Shown here one piece after another: positions 1-9,536 of a stretch of DNA of 64,000 bases. Origin of the DNA: Elusimicrobiota bacterium (GTDB lineage: Bacteria > Elusimicrobiota > UBA8919). The translations under genes were made by a program, and so were the position numbers. The notes under the pieces were generated by a model, which worked only from the letters and a program-made list of their open reading frames with translations, was not told the DNA's origin and searched no databases. How positions within the stretch are numbered: the stretch's first letter is position 1; each line of letters begins with the position of its first letter. The stretch spans positions 4,088-68,087 of the forward strand of contig JAQUMH010000002.1 of NCBI GenBank assembly GCA_028718185.1. Reading direction: 5' to 3'.

Positions 1-998
1 TTTGCTGACGGTTTTATTTCTTCTCCACATCCGCATTTCTTTATTTTAAAATATCCTGCTGAAGCAATCATAGCTGCATTATCTGTACATAAAACTATTT
101 CAGGTATAAATAATTTTATATTCTCTGCCTTGCATTTTTCAACAAAAGTTGAACGTAATTGCGAATTAGAAGAAACGCCTCCGCCTAAAACTATTTTTTT
201 AATATTGTATTTCACAGATGCCATAATTGTTTTTTTTACAAGAACATCAACACACGCCTGCTGAAATGAAGCACAAATATCAAGAATCTGCCGGTTCCGT
301 TTTTTTATGTCAATTTTATTTGCAAAAATATAATTTATAATTGCAGTCTTGAGCCCTGAAAAAGAAAAATCCCAAGAATCATGCATATATGGTCTAGGAA
401 ATTTTATTTTTTCCGGATTTCCCTGTTTTGATAATCTATCTATTATAGGTCCTCCAGGGTAACCCAACTTCATAAATTTTGCAATTTTATCAAAAACTTC
501 ACCCACAGCATCATCACGGGTCCTGCCTAAAATTTCATATTTCCCCATATCTTTAACAAGAATCAAGTCAGTATGCCCTCCGGAAACGACAAGGGCAATG
601 AACGGTGGAACAAGTGCTGATTCCTGCTTTCTATGTCTATCTGTTTTTATGAAACTGGCAAAAATATGCCCTTCAATATGATTTACACCGACAATCGGAA
701 CTTTTAATATATCTGAAACTACCTGCGCAGTTGTTGTACCAATAAGCAGTGAACCAATAAGTCCCGGACCTTTCGTAACACTAACAGCATCAATCTTTTT
801 TATTTTTCTTAAAGCTTCTTCAATTACCACATTTATATTTTCAAGATGCTGCCGTGACGCAAGTTCAGGAACAACTCCACCGTATTTCTTATGAATCTTT
901 ATCTGTGACGATACAACATTTGTCAAAATAAATCTTCCGTCTTTTACAACAGCAGCCGACGTTTCATCACAAGAAGTTTCAATCCCAAGAATATTCAT
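1..998 (-). CDS. tsaD: tRNA N6-adenosine threonylcarbamoyltransferase TsaD (Kae1/Gcp family). The N-terminus lies at 998; the C-terminus runs off the window start
   Basis: Reverse-complement translation from 998 begins MNILGIETSCDET, the hallmark TsaD N-terminus. The reading frame stays open to position 1. Confidence 0.8.
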   Translation of the reverse strand, partial: MNILGIETSCDETSAAVVKDGRFILTNVVSSQIKIHKKYGGVVPELASRQHLENINVVIEEALRKIKKIDAVSVTKGPGLIGSLLIGTTTAQVVSDILKVPIVGVNHIEGHIFASFIKTDRHRKQESALVPPFIALVVSGGHTDLILVKDMGKYEILGRTRDDAVGEVFDKIAKFMKLGYPGGPIIDRLSKQGNPEKIKFPRPYMHDSWDFSFSGLKTAIINYIFANKIDIKKRNRQILDICASFQQACVDVLVKKTIMASVKYNIKKIVLGGGVSSNSQLRSTFVEKCKAENIKLFIPEIVLCTDNAAMIASAGYFKIKKCGCGEEIKPSA

Positions 999-1004
999 AA
1001 AGTA

Positions 1005-1073
1005 AAGTTTATAGAGTTTTAGAGTTATAGGGTTTTAGGGTTTTAACTCTATAACCCAATAACCCTATAACCA
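1005..1073. repeat. AT-rich palindromic repeat of the TATAGAGTTATAGGGTTTT family in the tsaD-deacetylase gap
   Basis: agtttatagagttttagagttatagggttttagggttttaactctataacccaataaccctataacc. The inverted arms are gttatagggtt and aaccctataac. A second copy of the family is at 9440-9525. Confidence 0.55.
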
Positions 1074-2147
1074 TTATTTAACGGTTCCCTCGTTCTTAAC
1101 ATATTCCGAAACAGTTAAAAAAGAAATACCTGCTTTTTTAAATTCAGGAATAACTTTATAAAGTGCTAACGGAAGATTTTTTGTATGTATGTGTCCTATT
1201 GCTACACATCCGTCATTTTTCTCTACTTTTTTCTTTAGTAAATAAAGTTGTTTTAAAATGTATTCGAGATTGTCCTCGTTATCCAAAAAAACCTCGTTTC
1301 TTCGTGAGATTATATTCATATTAACAGCAACTTTATATGCGACAGATTTATTTGACGTACTTGAATCGACAAAAATAAGATTTTTTTGTTTTATAACGTT
1401 CAAAAATTCTGTAATTTTACTTTTATCTTGTGTAAAAGCACTTCCCATATGATTATTTACGCCTGTTACACCTTCAACATTTTTAAGATTTCTTAATACC
1501 ATATTTTCTATTTCTTTAGCAGACATATTCAGTAAAATTGCTGCCTTGCCGGGATTTACAGTTGGGTATCTTTCGGGTTCCATCGGCTGATGCAAAAAAT
1601 ATTCCTGATTGTTTTTTTTCAACTCGCTAACAAGATAAGCAGAATATCTTTCATAAGGAAGAATACTGTATGTAAGAGGAATATTCAACTTTAAAAAGCT
1701 TTCTAACTCATCTTTTTTATATCCTATATCATCAATTAAAATTGCTGCTTTTAATTTTACAGGTTTAGCCGGCAAAAATAAAATCTTATTTAAAATAATC
1801 CCGTTTTTTAAAATCAAAAGTAAATTATTTTTCCCGTCGAAATCAGTATTTACACCATAATATTCTTCAAGCCCAACTTTCACTTTTACAACTATATCAG
1901 CTATCTTTTTTGTATCAGTTTTTATATCTTTATTAACTTCAATCCACTTTGCGACTTTTGATTCTTTTTCAATACGGAGATTCCGTACTACTTCTTCGTT
2001 AGTTACCCCGGAATCTGTTAATATTTTGTTAATTTTAATGTCAATTTGGTTTGACAATGTAGAAAGATCTTCCGGTCTACTACGGAAATAGAATATAATT
2101 ATAATACATATAATTACAAGAATCAAAAGTCGCCAGAGTTTTTTCAT
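1074..2147 (-). CDS. divergent polysaccharide deacetylase family protein (YibQ-like) with an N-terminal TM anchor
   Basis: 357-aa ORF. N-terminal hydrophobic helix. The central block LKAAILIDDIGY...LNIPLTYSILP resembles the divergent polysaccharide deacetylase fold. Confidence 0.55.
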   Translation of the reverse strand: MKKLWRLLILVIICIIIIFYFRSRPEDLSTLSNQIDIKINKILTDSGVTNEEVVRNLRIEKESKVAKWIEVNKDIKTDTKKIADIVVKVKVGLEEYYGVNTDFDGKNNLLLILKNGIILNKILFLPAKPVKLKAAILIDDIGYKKDELESFLKLNIPLTYSILPYERYSAYLVSELKKNNQEYFLHQPMEPERYPTVNPGKAAILLNMSAKEIENMVLRNLKNVEGVTGVNNHMGSAFTQDKSKITEFLNVIKQKNLIFVDSSTSNKSVAYKVAVNMNIISRRNEVFLDNEDNLEYILKQLYLLKKKVEKNDGCVAIGHIHTKNLPLALYKVIPEFKKAGISFLTVSEYVKNEGTVK

Positions 2148-2150
2148 TCT

Positions 2151-3497
2151 TTATTTACCGATTAGAATATCTCTTACTTGTAAAATCTGTATCCCTCTCT
2201 CAAGAATTTCATCTTTTGCTTTTACATTTTGAACAATTGCAGTTGATGTTACAACATTGTAAGCGTCGGGCTTACCCGCTGCAGGTGAAACAGATTTTTT
2301 ATCTTTATCTTTATCCTTTTCTTTACCTTTATCTTTAGCATTTGCAATTTCATCATCTAATTCCTGTTTCTGAAGTGCAATTTCTGTCTCGCGTGTAACA
2401 TCGATAACTATATCAGGAGTTATTCCACCCGTTTTTTTCACTGGATCTCTATGAATACTTCTCCCGGATGGCGTATAATATTTTTGAGTTGTTAGTCTAA
2501 GCGATGCTCCACCTTCAAGCGGAAGAAGCGATTGGACAGAACCCTTACCGAATGACTGCATTCCTATAATAACTGCTCTCTTGTGATCTTGCATACAACC
2601 GGCAACTATTTCAGCCCCGGATGCAGAACCCTTATTAACTAAAACAACCATAGGAACATTTGCATAAGGAGCAGTTGAATCGCTGCGGTAATCCTGTCTC
2701 GGGAACTTTCTGCCCTGGGTAAAAACAATCAATTTATTTTCACCGACAAATCTTTTACAGATATCGACAGCAGTATTCAGCAACCCGCCCGGGTCATTTC
2801 TCAAATCAAAAACAATTGACTTCATACCTTGCTTCGTTAGCTCAGAAAGCGCAATGTCTAATTCTTCGGTTGTTTTTGCGTTCATTTCAGTAACCCTAAA
2901 ATAACCTATGGTATCAGTAAGCATCTTCGCTCCTACAACCGTTACAACCGGAATATCTTCTCTCGTCAATGTTAAATCAAACGGTTCTTTATCTTTACGA
3001 AATAAAGTTATCGTTACCTTGGTGCCGGGGAGACCCCGCAATTTTTCAACTGCCTTATCTGTTGAAAGATCTTTGGCATCTTCGCCGTTAATTTTTATAA
3101 TTTTATCTTCCGGTAAAATACCCATTCTCCACGCCGGTGTCCCTGGTATAGGTGTAACTACTGTAATCCAACCGTCATTTGATTCGGATATTCTGATTCC
3201 TAAACCCCCAAAATGACCTTCTGTATGAACTTTCATCTCTTTTGCTTCAGTAGGTTCCATGAACTGAGAAAAAGGGTCAAGTGTCCTCATCATTCCGTCA
3301 GCAGCACCGTAAATAAGCTTTTTCATATCCGGCTCATCTACATAACTTTCTCTTACATATACCAGTATCTGTGATAAAATCTTTATCTGGTTATAGACGT
3401 CATCAGAAGCTGCTTTGACCATGTCATACTTTAATAATGATACTCCTATTATTAAAAATAACACCAAAACTAAAAATCCTTTCTTTTTCTTAAACAT
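2151..3497 (-). CDS. ctpA: S41 carboxyl-terminal processing peptidase (Ctp/Prc) with a PDZ domain
   Basis: 448 aa with a signal/TM N-terminus. PDZ-like block GEDAKDLSTDKAVEKLRGLPGTKVTITL. Conserved S41 block DLRNDPGGLL and catalytic Ser/Lys region. Confidence 0.8.
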   Translation of the reverse strand: MFKKKKGFLVLVLFLIIGVSLLKYDMVKAASDDVYNQIKILSQILVYVRESYVDEPDMKKLIYGAADGMMRTLDPFSQFMEPTEAKEMKVHTEGHFGGLGIRISESNDGWITVVTPIPGTPAWRMGILPEDKIIKINGEDAKDLSTDKAVEKLRGLPGTKVTITLFRKDKEPFDLTLTREDIPVVTVVGAKMLTDTIGYFRVTEMNAKTTEELDIALSELTKQGMKSIVFDLRNDPGGLLNTAVDICKRFVGENKLIVFTQGRKFPRQDYRSDSTAPYANVPMVVLVNKGSASGAEIVAGCMQDHKRAVIIGMQSFGKGSVQSLLPLEGGASLRLTTQKYYTPSGRSIHRDPVKKTGGITPDIVIDVTRETEIALQKQELDDEIANAKDKGKEKDKDKDKKSVSPAAGKPDAYNVVTSTAIVQNVKAKDEILERGIQILQVRDILIGK

Positions 3498-3581
3498 TTT
3501 ACCTCCTGTAAATTTTTACTTCAAAGCCTGTATGAAACTAATTGTCGGTCGGAGAATTTATGGGCTAATATATTTTAACCC

Positions 3582-3646
3582 TCATGCTGTCATTGCGAGC
3601 CCGCCAACGGTTCAGTGGCGGGCGTGGCAATCTCTATTTAAAAACT
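3582..3646. repeat. nested palindromic GC-rich repeat module in the ctpA-envC intergenic region
   Basis: gtcattgcgag...cccgccaacggttcagtggcggg...gagattgcttc...cgcaatgac. The cccgccaacggttcagtggcggg hairpin recurs, reverse-complemented, at 44165. Confidence 0.6.
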
Positions 3647-3751
3647 ACGAGATTGCTTCACCTTCGGTTCGCAATGACACCAGTAATAATCTATATTTTA
3701 ACTTCAACAACAACCTCTATTCTTAACCTTTAGTTTTGTGACCGGCTATTT

Positions 3752-5056
3752 TTACTTCAACCAGCTAAGCGGGTCCTGGGGTACACCATCTCGCCTTAAT
3801 TCAAAATATAGCGATGCATCCTGCGTATAAACTGAAATCCCTACGATACCTATGACTTCACCTTTTTGTATTTCCTGTTCTTCTTTAACCATTATTTTAT
3901 CAAGATTACCGTATATGGAATAAAACCCTCCTAAATGGTCAATAATTACCATTTTCCCATATGACTTAAACTCACCGGCAAAAACTACTTTTCCTTTATC
4001 TATTGCAATTATATTCTGACCAAGTATTGATTTTATTCTTATCCCGTTGTTAATTACCCAAGTATCCAGTTCCGGATGTTTTTGTTTGCCAAAAATTGAT
4101 GAAACATTTTTTCTTAAATCAGATGTTTCACCTTCTATAGGCCAGGATATTAAACCTTTCTTTTTCGACATTTTAATCCTGGATAACCGTTCTTCTTCTT
4201 TTTGTTTTTCTGTTTCTTTAGCTTTTTTTTCTAAAAGATCTATTAATTCAGAAAGCATCGTTTCAGAGTCTCTTAAGCTGCCAATTTCCTGTTCATAAAA
4301 AATGCGTTTCTTAACAACAGTTGAAAGAAGCTGTTTTTTATCATTTTTTTGTCTTGAATATGTTTGTTCTGAAATACCTTTCTTTAATTCAAGATTTTTC
4401 AGTTCTTCCATCCCGCTTTCAAGTTTAATTTTAAGTGATTCATATTTGTTTACATTTTTTGCTGTTTGAAGATAAACGAACGATTTTTGTCTTGCTAAAA
4501 GCTGCAAGAATTTATAACGTTTTACCAAATCAGCCGATGAATTCGAAGAAAGCAATATCCTTGCCGAATATTCATCAGTAACCGGTCTTCCTACTCCCTG
4601 GATATATGCAAACCTTATCTCGTTTCTTAGCGTATCTTTCCACTTAATCATTTCTTTCTTTGTTATTTCTAACTTAATTTTTAAACCGTCTATAGATTTT
4701 TGCTGTTGAGCAATCAATATTTTTGTTTTTTGTAATTCAATTTTTGTTGATTCAAGGTTTCTTAGAATATTTTCAAGTTGTGATTCTATTGACGCTTCCT
4801 TTTTTTTTATAATTTTTACATTATCTTCTTTTTTAGAAATTTCTGTTTTAACCCCGGTCAGCTCTTTTTTACTCTTTTTTATTTTCTGTTTATATTCTTT
4901 TATCTGTTTATCATAATTATCAGCATAAGTATAACAAATACAAGAAAAAGCAATTATACTGAAATAAATAATCCCCGCTAAAACCTTCATGAATTGATTT
5001 TCAGTTTGCCGTTTTAAGCCTATTATTTTCTTTTTATTGTTTTTTTGAAAAAACAT
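3752..5056 (-). CDS. envC: M23 family peptidase with a long N-terminal coiled coil (EnvC-like murein hydrolase activator)
   Basis: 434 aa. K/E-rich heptad coiled coil for about 300 aa. C-terminal LytM/M23 block GIRIKSILGQNIIAIDKGKVVFAGEFKSYGKMVIIDHLGGFYSIYGNL. Overlaps the ftsX-like ORF by 23 bp. Confidence 0.7.
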   Translation of the reverse strand: MFFQKNNKKKIIGLKRQTENQFMKVLAGIIYFSIIAFSCICYTYADNYDKQIKEYKQKIKKSKKELTGVKTEISKKEDNVKIIKKKEASIESQLENILRNLESTKIELQKTKILIAQQQKSIDGLKIKLEITKKEMIKWKDTLRNEIRFAYIQGVGRPVTDEYSARILLSSNSSADLVKRYKFLQLLARQKSFVYLQTAKNVNKYESLKIKLESGMEELKNLELKKGISEQTYSRQKNDKKQLLSTVVKKRIFYEQEIGSLRDSETMLSELIDLLEKKAKETEKQKEEERLSRIKMSKKKGLISWPIEGETSDLRKNVSSIFGKQKHPELDTWVINNGIRIKSILGQNIIAIDKGKVVFAGEFKSYGKMVIIDHLGGFYSIYGNLDKIMVKEEQEIQKGEVIGIVGISVYTQDASLYFELRRDGVPQDPLSWLK

Positions 5057-5789
5057 TTTTTGGTATTCTCAATGCTAAGCTTGCAACTATTACAATTATT
5101 AAAATTAATATAATTTCATATCTCGAAAAGAAAACCGGTGCCTTAAAATTTGGAACAAATAAATGTTTATAAATTATATTTAAGATATAAAAACCAATTC
5201 CTCCCCCGACAATTCCGTCATATATTCCGTGAATATATTCTTTTTTATTTGTCGACAAAAATACAGCAACAAATGAAATAATAATAAATAAGCTGAAAAT
5301 AAGATTTCCAAACCTGCTTAAGTTTCTAAATACTTTATTTATCGCTAGCAGATTTTCAGCTTCAACTGAAGTGTAATATATTTCTTCTATACCGTCTATT
5401 AATTTGACTTCTTCTGCTACCCTTTTAATTGTCTCGGGATCTTTTTTCGTTAAATAAATATCGACTGTTGCGGGAAGCGGGTTTTCGTCAAGAATTTTAA
5501 TTTGTTTGGCAAATTCCTGGTTTTTCTTAAACTCTTCAATCGCTTCTGCTTTGGAGGTATATTTTATTTTTTCTATTGTTTCAATATCGCTTATCTTTTT
5601 TAAAAGTTCGTCCTTTTGATTATCATTTTCTACATTATCGCTTATGAATGCAACAATTTCAACCCGTTCTTCAAGTAATGTAAGATAAGAAAACAGATTC
5701 TTTAAAACAAGTGAAAAAAATCCATAAAAAATCAAACTGACTAATATAAAAATAATTCCCAGTAACGATAGTTTTTTAATATATTTCAT
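5034..5789 (-). CDS. ftsX: FtsX-like permease (4-TM topology: TM1, about 120-aa periplasmic domain, then TM2-4)
   Basis: 251 aa. The topology is predicted from hydrophobic segments. It sits immediately upstream of the EnvC-like gene and overlaps it, the classic ftsX-envC arrangement. No ftsE is adjacent. Confidence 0.45.
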   Translation of the reverse strand: MKYIKKLSLLGIIFILVSLIFYGFFSLVLKNLFSYLTLLEERVEIVAFISDNVENDNQKDELLKKISDIETIEKIKYTSKAEAIEEFKKNQEFAKQIKILDENPLPATVDIYLTKKDPETIKRVAEEVKLIDGIEEIYYTSVEAENLLAINKVFRNLSRFGNLIFSLFIIISFVAVFLSTNKKEYIHGIYDGIVGGGIGFYILNIIYKHLFVPNFKAPVFFSRYEIILILIIVIVASLALRIPKNVFSKKQ

Positions 5790-6874
5790 GATAATTTGTT
5801 CCTTTCAAGCTCTGAAATACACAATTCGGCTGTTTTTTTTGCCTTATTTTTTAAATCTTCCAATATTTCAAACGTTTTATTTATACCATTCTTTTTGCCT
5901 GATATTTCGTTTAGCGTATATTTATAAATATCTCCGGACGTAAACTCATTTATTTTCGCGGAGTTTTCATACCCAATCAGACTAAGGAAATTTGTAATTT
6001 TCGAATATCTTGATATAGGGACAAATGGTATCCCATACTTTGATGCAAGAATTAAACCATGTAAACGCATGCTGACAATTACATCCAGCCGTGAAAACAG
6101 CTTTAATATATCATCAATTTCTTCCCAGATAAAAATTTCTGTCTTTTGAGCAATCTCATTTTGTATCATTCTAAGTATTTTCAAATCTGATGTTTTCTGA
6201 AATGGTATAAAAATAATTTTTGTCCCCGTATTTTCCATGAACAACCTTGAAAGTTCGGAAAATATTTTTATATCCTTTTTCCAATTACCGGTTTTTCTGA
6301 TAATTACACCTATTTGATTATTTTGTATATTATTGTTCTTTTTATACGGCTCTAAATCAAGCCCGAACACCGGATCTGCCGTAATAGTAATTTCTTTCCT
6401 TACCCCGAAAGATTCTAACATTTCTTTATCTTGTCGTGTACGTACTGTAATGCGGTTTACTTTATTAAAACAATTCTTAATAAAATATCTATTGAATAAA
6501 TGCCTGATTTCACCAATACCTACAGCATAAACAAAAACAGTCTTTTTGAAAATAGCTGCAATAAATATTATTAAAAGGTAATACCATAGACTTAAAGAAC
6601 CTGTCGTGTCCTGGAAAAGACCGCCGGCACCCGAAACAAGCATTTTACAATTTTTAATCTCTTTTAATATGGTAAAAAGATTCCATCTGTTAATTGAGCG
6701 CAAATTATATGTTATTGCCGTTTCTTTTGGTGTCGCTGACAATACAGTAATTTTTATCCCAGGCTTGTAAAATCTTAAATCATTTACTATTGCTTTAAGA
6801 ATAAGTTCATCGCCTGTATTTTTGAAACCATAATAACCGGAAATAACTATATCAGACATTTGCTGTTTTACCAA
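5786..6874 (-). CDS. csaB: polysaccharide pyruvyl transferase CsaB
   Basis: The N-terminus MSDIVISGYYGFKNTGDELIL is the CsaB signature (SGYYGF.N.GDE). 362 aa. 4-bp overlap with the ftsX-like gene. Confidence 0.75.
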   Translation of the reverse strand: MVKQQMSDIVISGYYGFKNTGDELILKAIVNDLRFYKPGIKITVLSATPKETAITYNLRSINRWNLFTILKEIKNCKMLVSGAGGLFQDTTGSLSLWYYLLIIFIAAIFKKTVFVYAVGIGEIRHLFNRYFIKNCFNKVNRITVRTRQDKEMLESFGVRKEITITADPVFGLDLEPYKKNNNIQNNQIGVIIRKTGNWKKDIKIFSELSRLFMENTGTKIIFIPFQKTSDLKILRMIQNEIAQKTEIFIWEEIDDILKLFSRLDVIVSMRLHGLILASKYGIPFVPISRYSKITNFLSLIGYENSAKINEFTSGDIYKYTLNEISGKKNGINKTFEILEDLKNKAKKTAELCISELERNKLS

Positions 6875-8309
6875 GAAAGTATGAATAAATATAAATTAAT
6901 ATTATACCTAAAATTATCCCAAAACATATTCCGTTAAAACTTCTTAAAAGTGAAATATAAAATGGAGTATGAATATGGCAAAATGTATTTATTATTGAAA
7001 TCTGCCCGATTATTCCAATAACAAAAAATGGTTTCCACATATAACTTTTTACATTATACTTAAGATAACTAGCTAACAGCATAAACGGGTGACCGATACA
7101 AAATTCCTTGAGACGAGGTCTGATATAAAATATTTTTTCCAGCAAAGAACGGAAAGTATCTTCCGTAGAAGTAATACTGCCGTAATTTCCGGTTCTCATG
7201 ATATAAAAACCTGCTGCCAAAATCAAAACACCTAAAGAAAACAATTCAATATATAACACAGGTTTTTTTAGAAACCCATTAAAATTATCTTTAAATAACA
7301 TATAACATATAAAAAGCACAGGCATAATTGAAGCTATCTTTACTCCGCTAAATAAATCAACTTCCAGCATAAAATTCTTCATTGATAAAACACCTGCAAT
7401 TATAACTCCGGATAATAAAGAAATTAGTGTTAATATAAGAAAAGCAGCAACTGTCTTTAAAACAGGGGACCTCTTGGTGAATATAAAACTGAGATTTGGC
7501 AATAACAAAAATATAAATACCGGAGATAATAATGCTACAAGCAATGAAATGATTTTTAAAAAAATAGTGTATTTCAAAAGTTTAACGTTTATATCTTTTA
7601 CCGGAGCAGGTCTTTCTATGTTAAATCCGGCTTCTTTCAGGACATTTTTTGATTGACGGATATATTCAATTGCATTCTCCAAATCAGTTTGTGCCAAATC
7701 AACAATAACTATCCTTACATTCCTTTCTAAGACTGCTCTTTTTATTCTTTCAAGATTTTTCTTATAATCCCCTTCCCATCTTGTCTTAAATACCCTGAAT
7801 CCCGTAGATGTATTTTCCAATATTTTTCTAACTTCTTTCTGCTTGGCAAATTCAACAAGCCCGAAAGTATAATCAAAATCTTTTGGAATTTCCCCGTAAA
7901 AATCGTCAGATAAAATAACAGATAATATGCCCGGCGTTTTTACGGGCACTTTAGAAATATCTCCCTGTACAGACAAAACAATATTAAGATTCAGTTTTGA
8001 AGCATTTGAAATTTTTTCCGGCGACGGTCCATAATATTTTTCCTGTGGAAGTTTCTTGTATTTTATCTCGCCGCTTTCCTCATAATATTCTTTTGCTTTT
8101 TCATCTGATATTACGACCGTATTTATTCCGGCATTCTTAAAATCAACTAATTTCTCAACTCCGAAAAAGTTAGCCGCATCATCATATTCAATCGCTAATG
8201 CCACCGAATGGTTGTCTTCGTTATGAATTCTGTTTTTCAACGGTATGATGACCATGCATGAAAGTATAATAACAAAAACAATATAAATAATAACTATTTT
8301 TTTTAACAT
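6852..8309 (-). CDS. polytopic membrane protein of unknown function (extracytoplasmic N-domain plus C-terminal multi-TM domain)
   Basis: 485-aa ORF with one N-terminal TM, a soluble domain of about 220 aa, then 8 or more hydrophobic helices. Overlaps csaB by 23 bp, so it is likely co-transcribed. Confidence 0.4.
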   Translation of the reverse strand: MLKKIVIIYIVFVIILSCMVIIPLKNRIHNEDNHSVALAIEYDDAANFFGVEKLVDFKNAGINTVVISDEKAKEYYEESGEIKYKKLPQEKYYGPSPEKISNASKLNLNIVLSVQGDISKVPVKTPGILSVILSDDFYGEIPKDFDYTFGLVEFAKQKEVRKILENTSTGFRVFKTRWEGDYKKNLERIKRAVLERNVRIVIVDLAQTDLENAIEYIRQSKNVLKEAGFNIERPAPVKDINVKLLKYTIFLKIISLLVALLSPVFIFLLLPNLSFIFTKRSPVLKTVAAFLILTLISLLSGVIIAGVLSMKNFMLEVDLFSGVKIASIMPVLFICYMLFKDNFNGFLKKPVLYIELFSLGVLILAAGFYIMRTGNYGSITSTEDTFRSLLEKIFYIRPRLKEFCIGHPFMLLASYLKYNVKSYMWKPFFVIGIIGQISIINTFCHIHTPFYISLLRSFNGICFGIILGIILIYIYSYFLGKTANV

Positions 8310-8348
8310 TTTTAAATCAAATATTCAGTATTCTTAAAATTAAAACTT

Positions 8349-9410
8349 TTAGTCAAACCTCTTTTTAAGATTATTTCTATCTCTCTCTAAATCGTCCGGG
8401 GTCTTTATCGGAATGAATCTTTTTTCTCTATCAACAACAACATATTTTGTCTTTAGCATTGCAGAAAGGTCACCGGTAAGCCGTTCAAACTGTATAACTT
8501 TTTTATCCCCGACCTTTTTTTCAACATAATAAAAAGGTAATGAAAAGGAGCTTTTTAGTGCACTTGCTTTAAAAACATAAGTTGCTGTGTTGAAAACAGA
8601 AATTGAATCCTGGTTAAAATCCGGAGGGAACTTGAACTGCTCTACAATTTCCACATGCCCGTCAACAACTGCCGGAGCACCGCCTTTATCTCCGGGATAT
8701 TTTACGGCAAGTTCAGCGGTCATTTCCGATTTTCCTTCTATGTGGTACCCCAAAATCTGCTCGTCTATTGTGGCTCCAAGATTATCTACATTAGAATACC
8801 ATAAATGTTCGCCGCCATTCTTAATAAAATCATTCAGAAAACCGCTTTTTTGAAACGCGTAAATAAAATCGCCGTGTCCCGGACCGTAATAACTGTCTTT
8901 TTCCGGCAAAAAATAACTCCCGTCAATATTCAATCGTTTTGCAATAAACTGACTAAAACACTTTATATTATTTTCAAGCCCGAAATAGCCGTTTTCTTTA
9001 AGATATTTAAGTGTCGAATTCTCTGTTGCAAAGCTATTCATTATGTAAATCGGAATTGAAACATTATATTTTAAGTTAACTTTTTTTATTTGTTCAAGTT
9101 TTATCTGTAAAAAACTCTTTTTATCATAAACTTCAACAATCCCTTTGACAACCCCGCCAAATCTTGTCGCCATCCCGCCGTTAACAACCACAATACCTAA
9201 TTTTTTACTCTTTATTGCAGCAGCCCCAACCTCAGCCAATGTTTGTTTTGTATCCAAATCTTTCTCTGAATTAAAAAATTTTGTTTCATCAGGCGATTCC
9301 ACCTTTCCCTTGATAATGTTATTTTTATCGGAAAATTCACCCGACAGAAACTTTTTTCTTAAATCCTCAAACAACTTTTCATCATAATTATATTTTTTCA
9401 AAATATCCAT
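8349..9410 (-). CDS. UDPGP-family NDP-sugar pyrophosphorylase (UTP-glucose-1-phosphate uridylyltransferase-like)
   Basis: The block LGIVVVNGGMATRFGG resembles the UDPGP nucleotide-binding loop (LNGGLGTxMG). 353 aa. Confidence 0.5.
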   Translation of the reverse strand: MDILKKYNYDEKLFEDLRKKFLSGEFSDKNNIIKGKVESPDETKFFNSEKDLDTKQTLAEVGAAAIKSKKLGIVVVNGGMATRFGGVVKGIVEVYDKKSFLQIKLEQIKKVNLKYNVSIPIYIMNSFATENSTLKYLKENGYFGLENNIKCFSQFIAKRLNIDGSYFLPEKDSYYGPGHGDFIYAFQKSGFLNDFIKNGGEHLWYSNVDNLGATIDEQILGYHIEGKSEMTAELAVKYPGDKGGAPAVVDGHVEIVEQFKFPPDFNQDSISVFNTATYVFKASALKSSFSLPFYYVEKKVGDKKVIQFERLTGDLSAMLKTKYVVVDREKRFIPIKTPDDLERDRNNLKKRFD

Positions 9411-9439
9411 ATATATTTTTTTTATTCTAAAACAAAAAG

Positions 9440-9525
9440 GAAAATTGTTTTAGTTATAGAGTTATAGGGTTTTTAGAGTTTAAATCCTAAAAACACTTTC
9501 TATAACCTTGCTTAACGAAATCCTT
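9440..9525. repeat. second copy of the TATAGAGTTATAGGGTTTT repeat family (UDPGP-glgM gap)
   Basis: gttttagttatagagttatagggtttttagagtttaaatcctaaaaacactttctataacc. Confidence 0.55.
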
Positions 9526-9536
9526 CTGACAACAGT

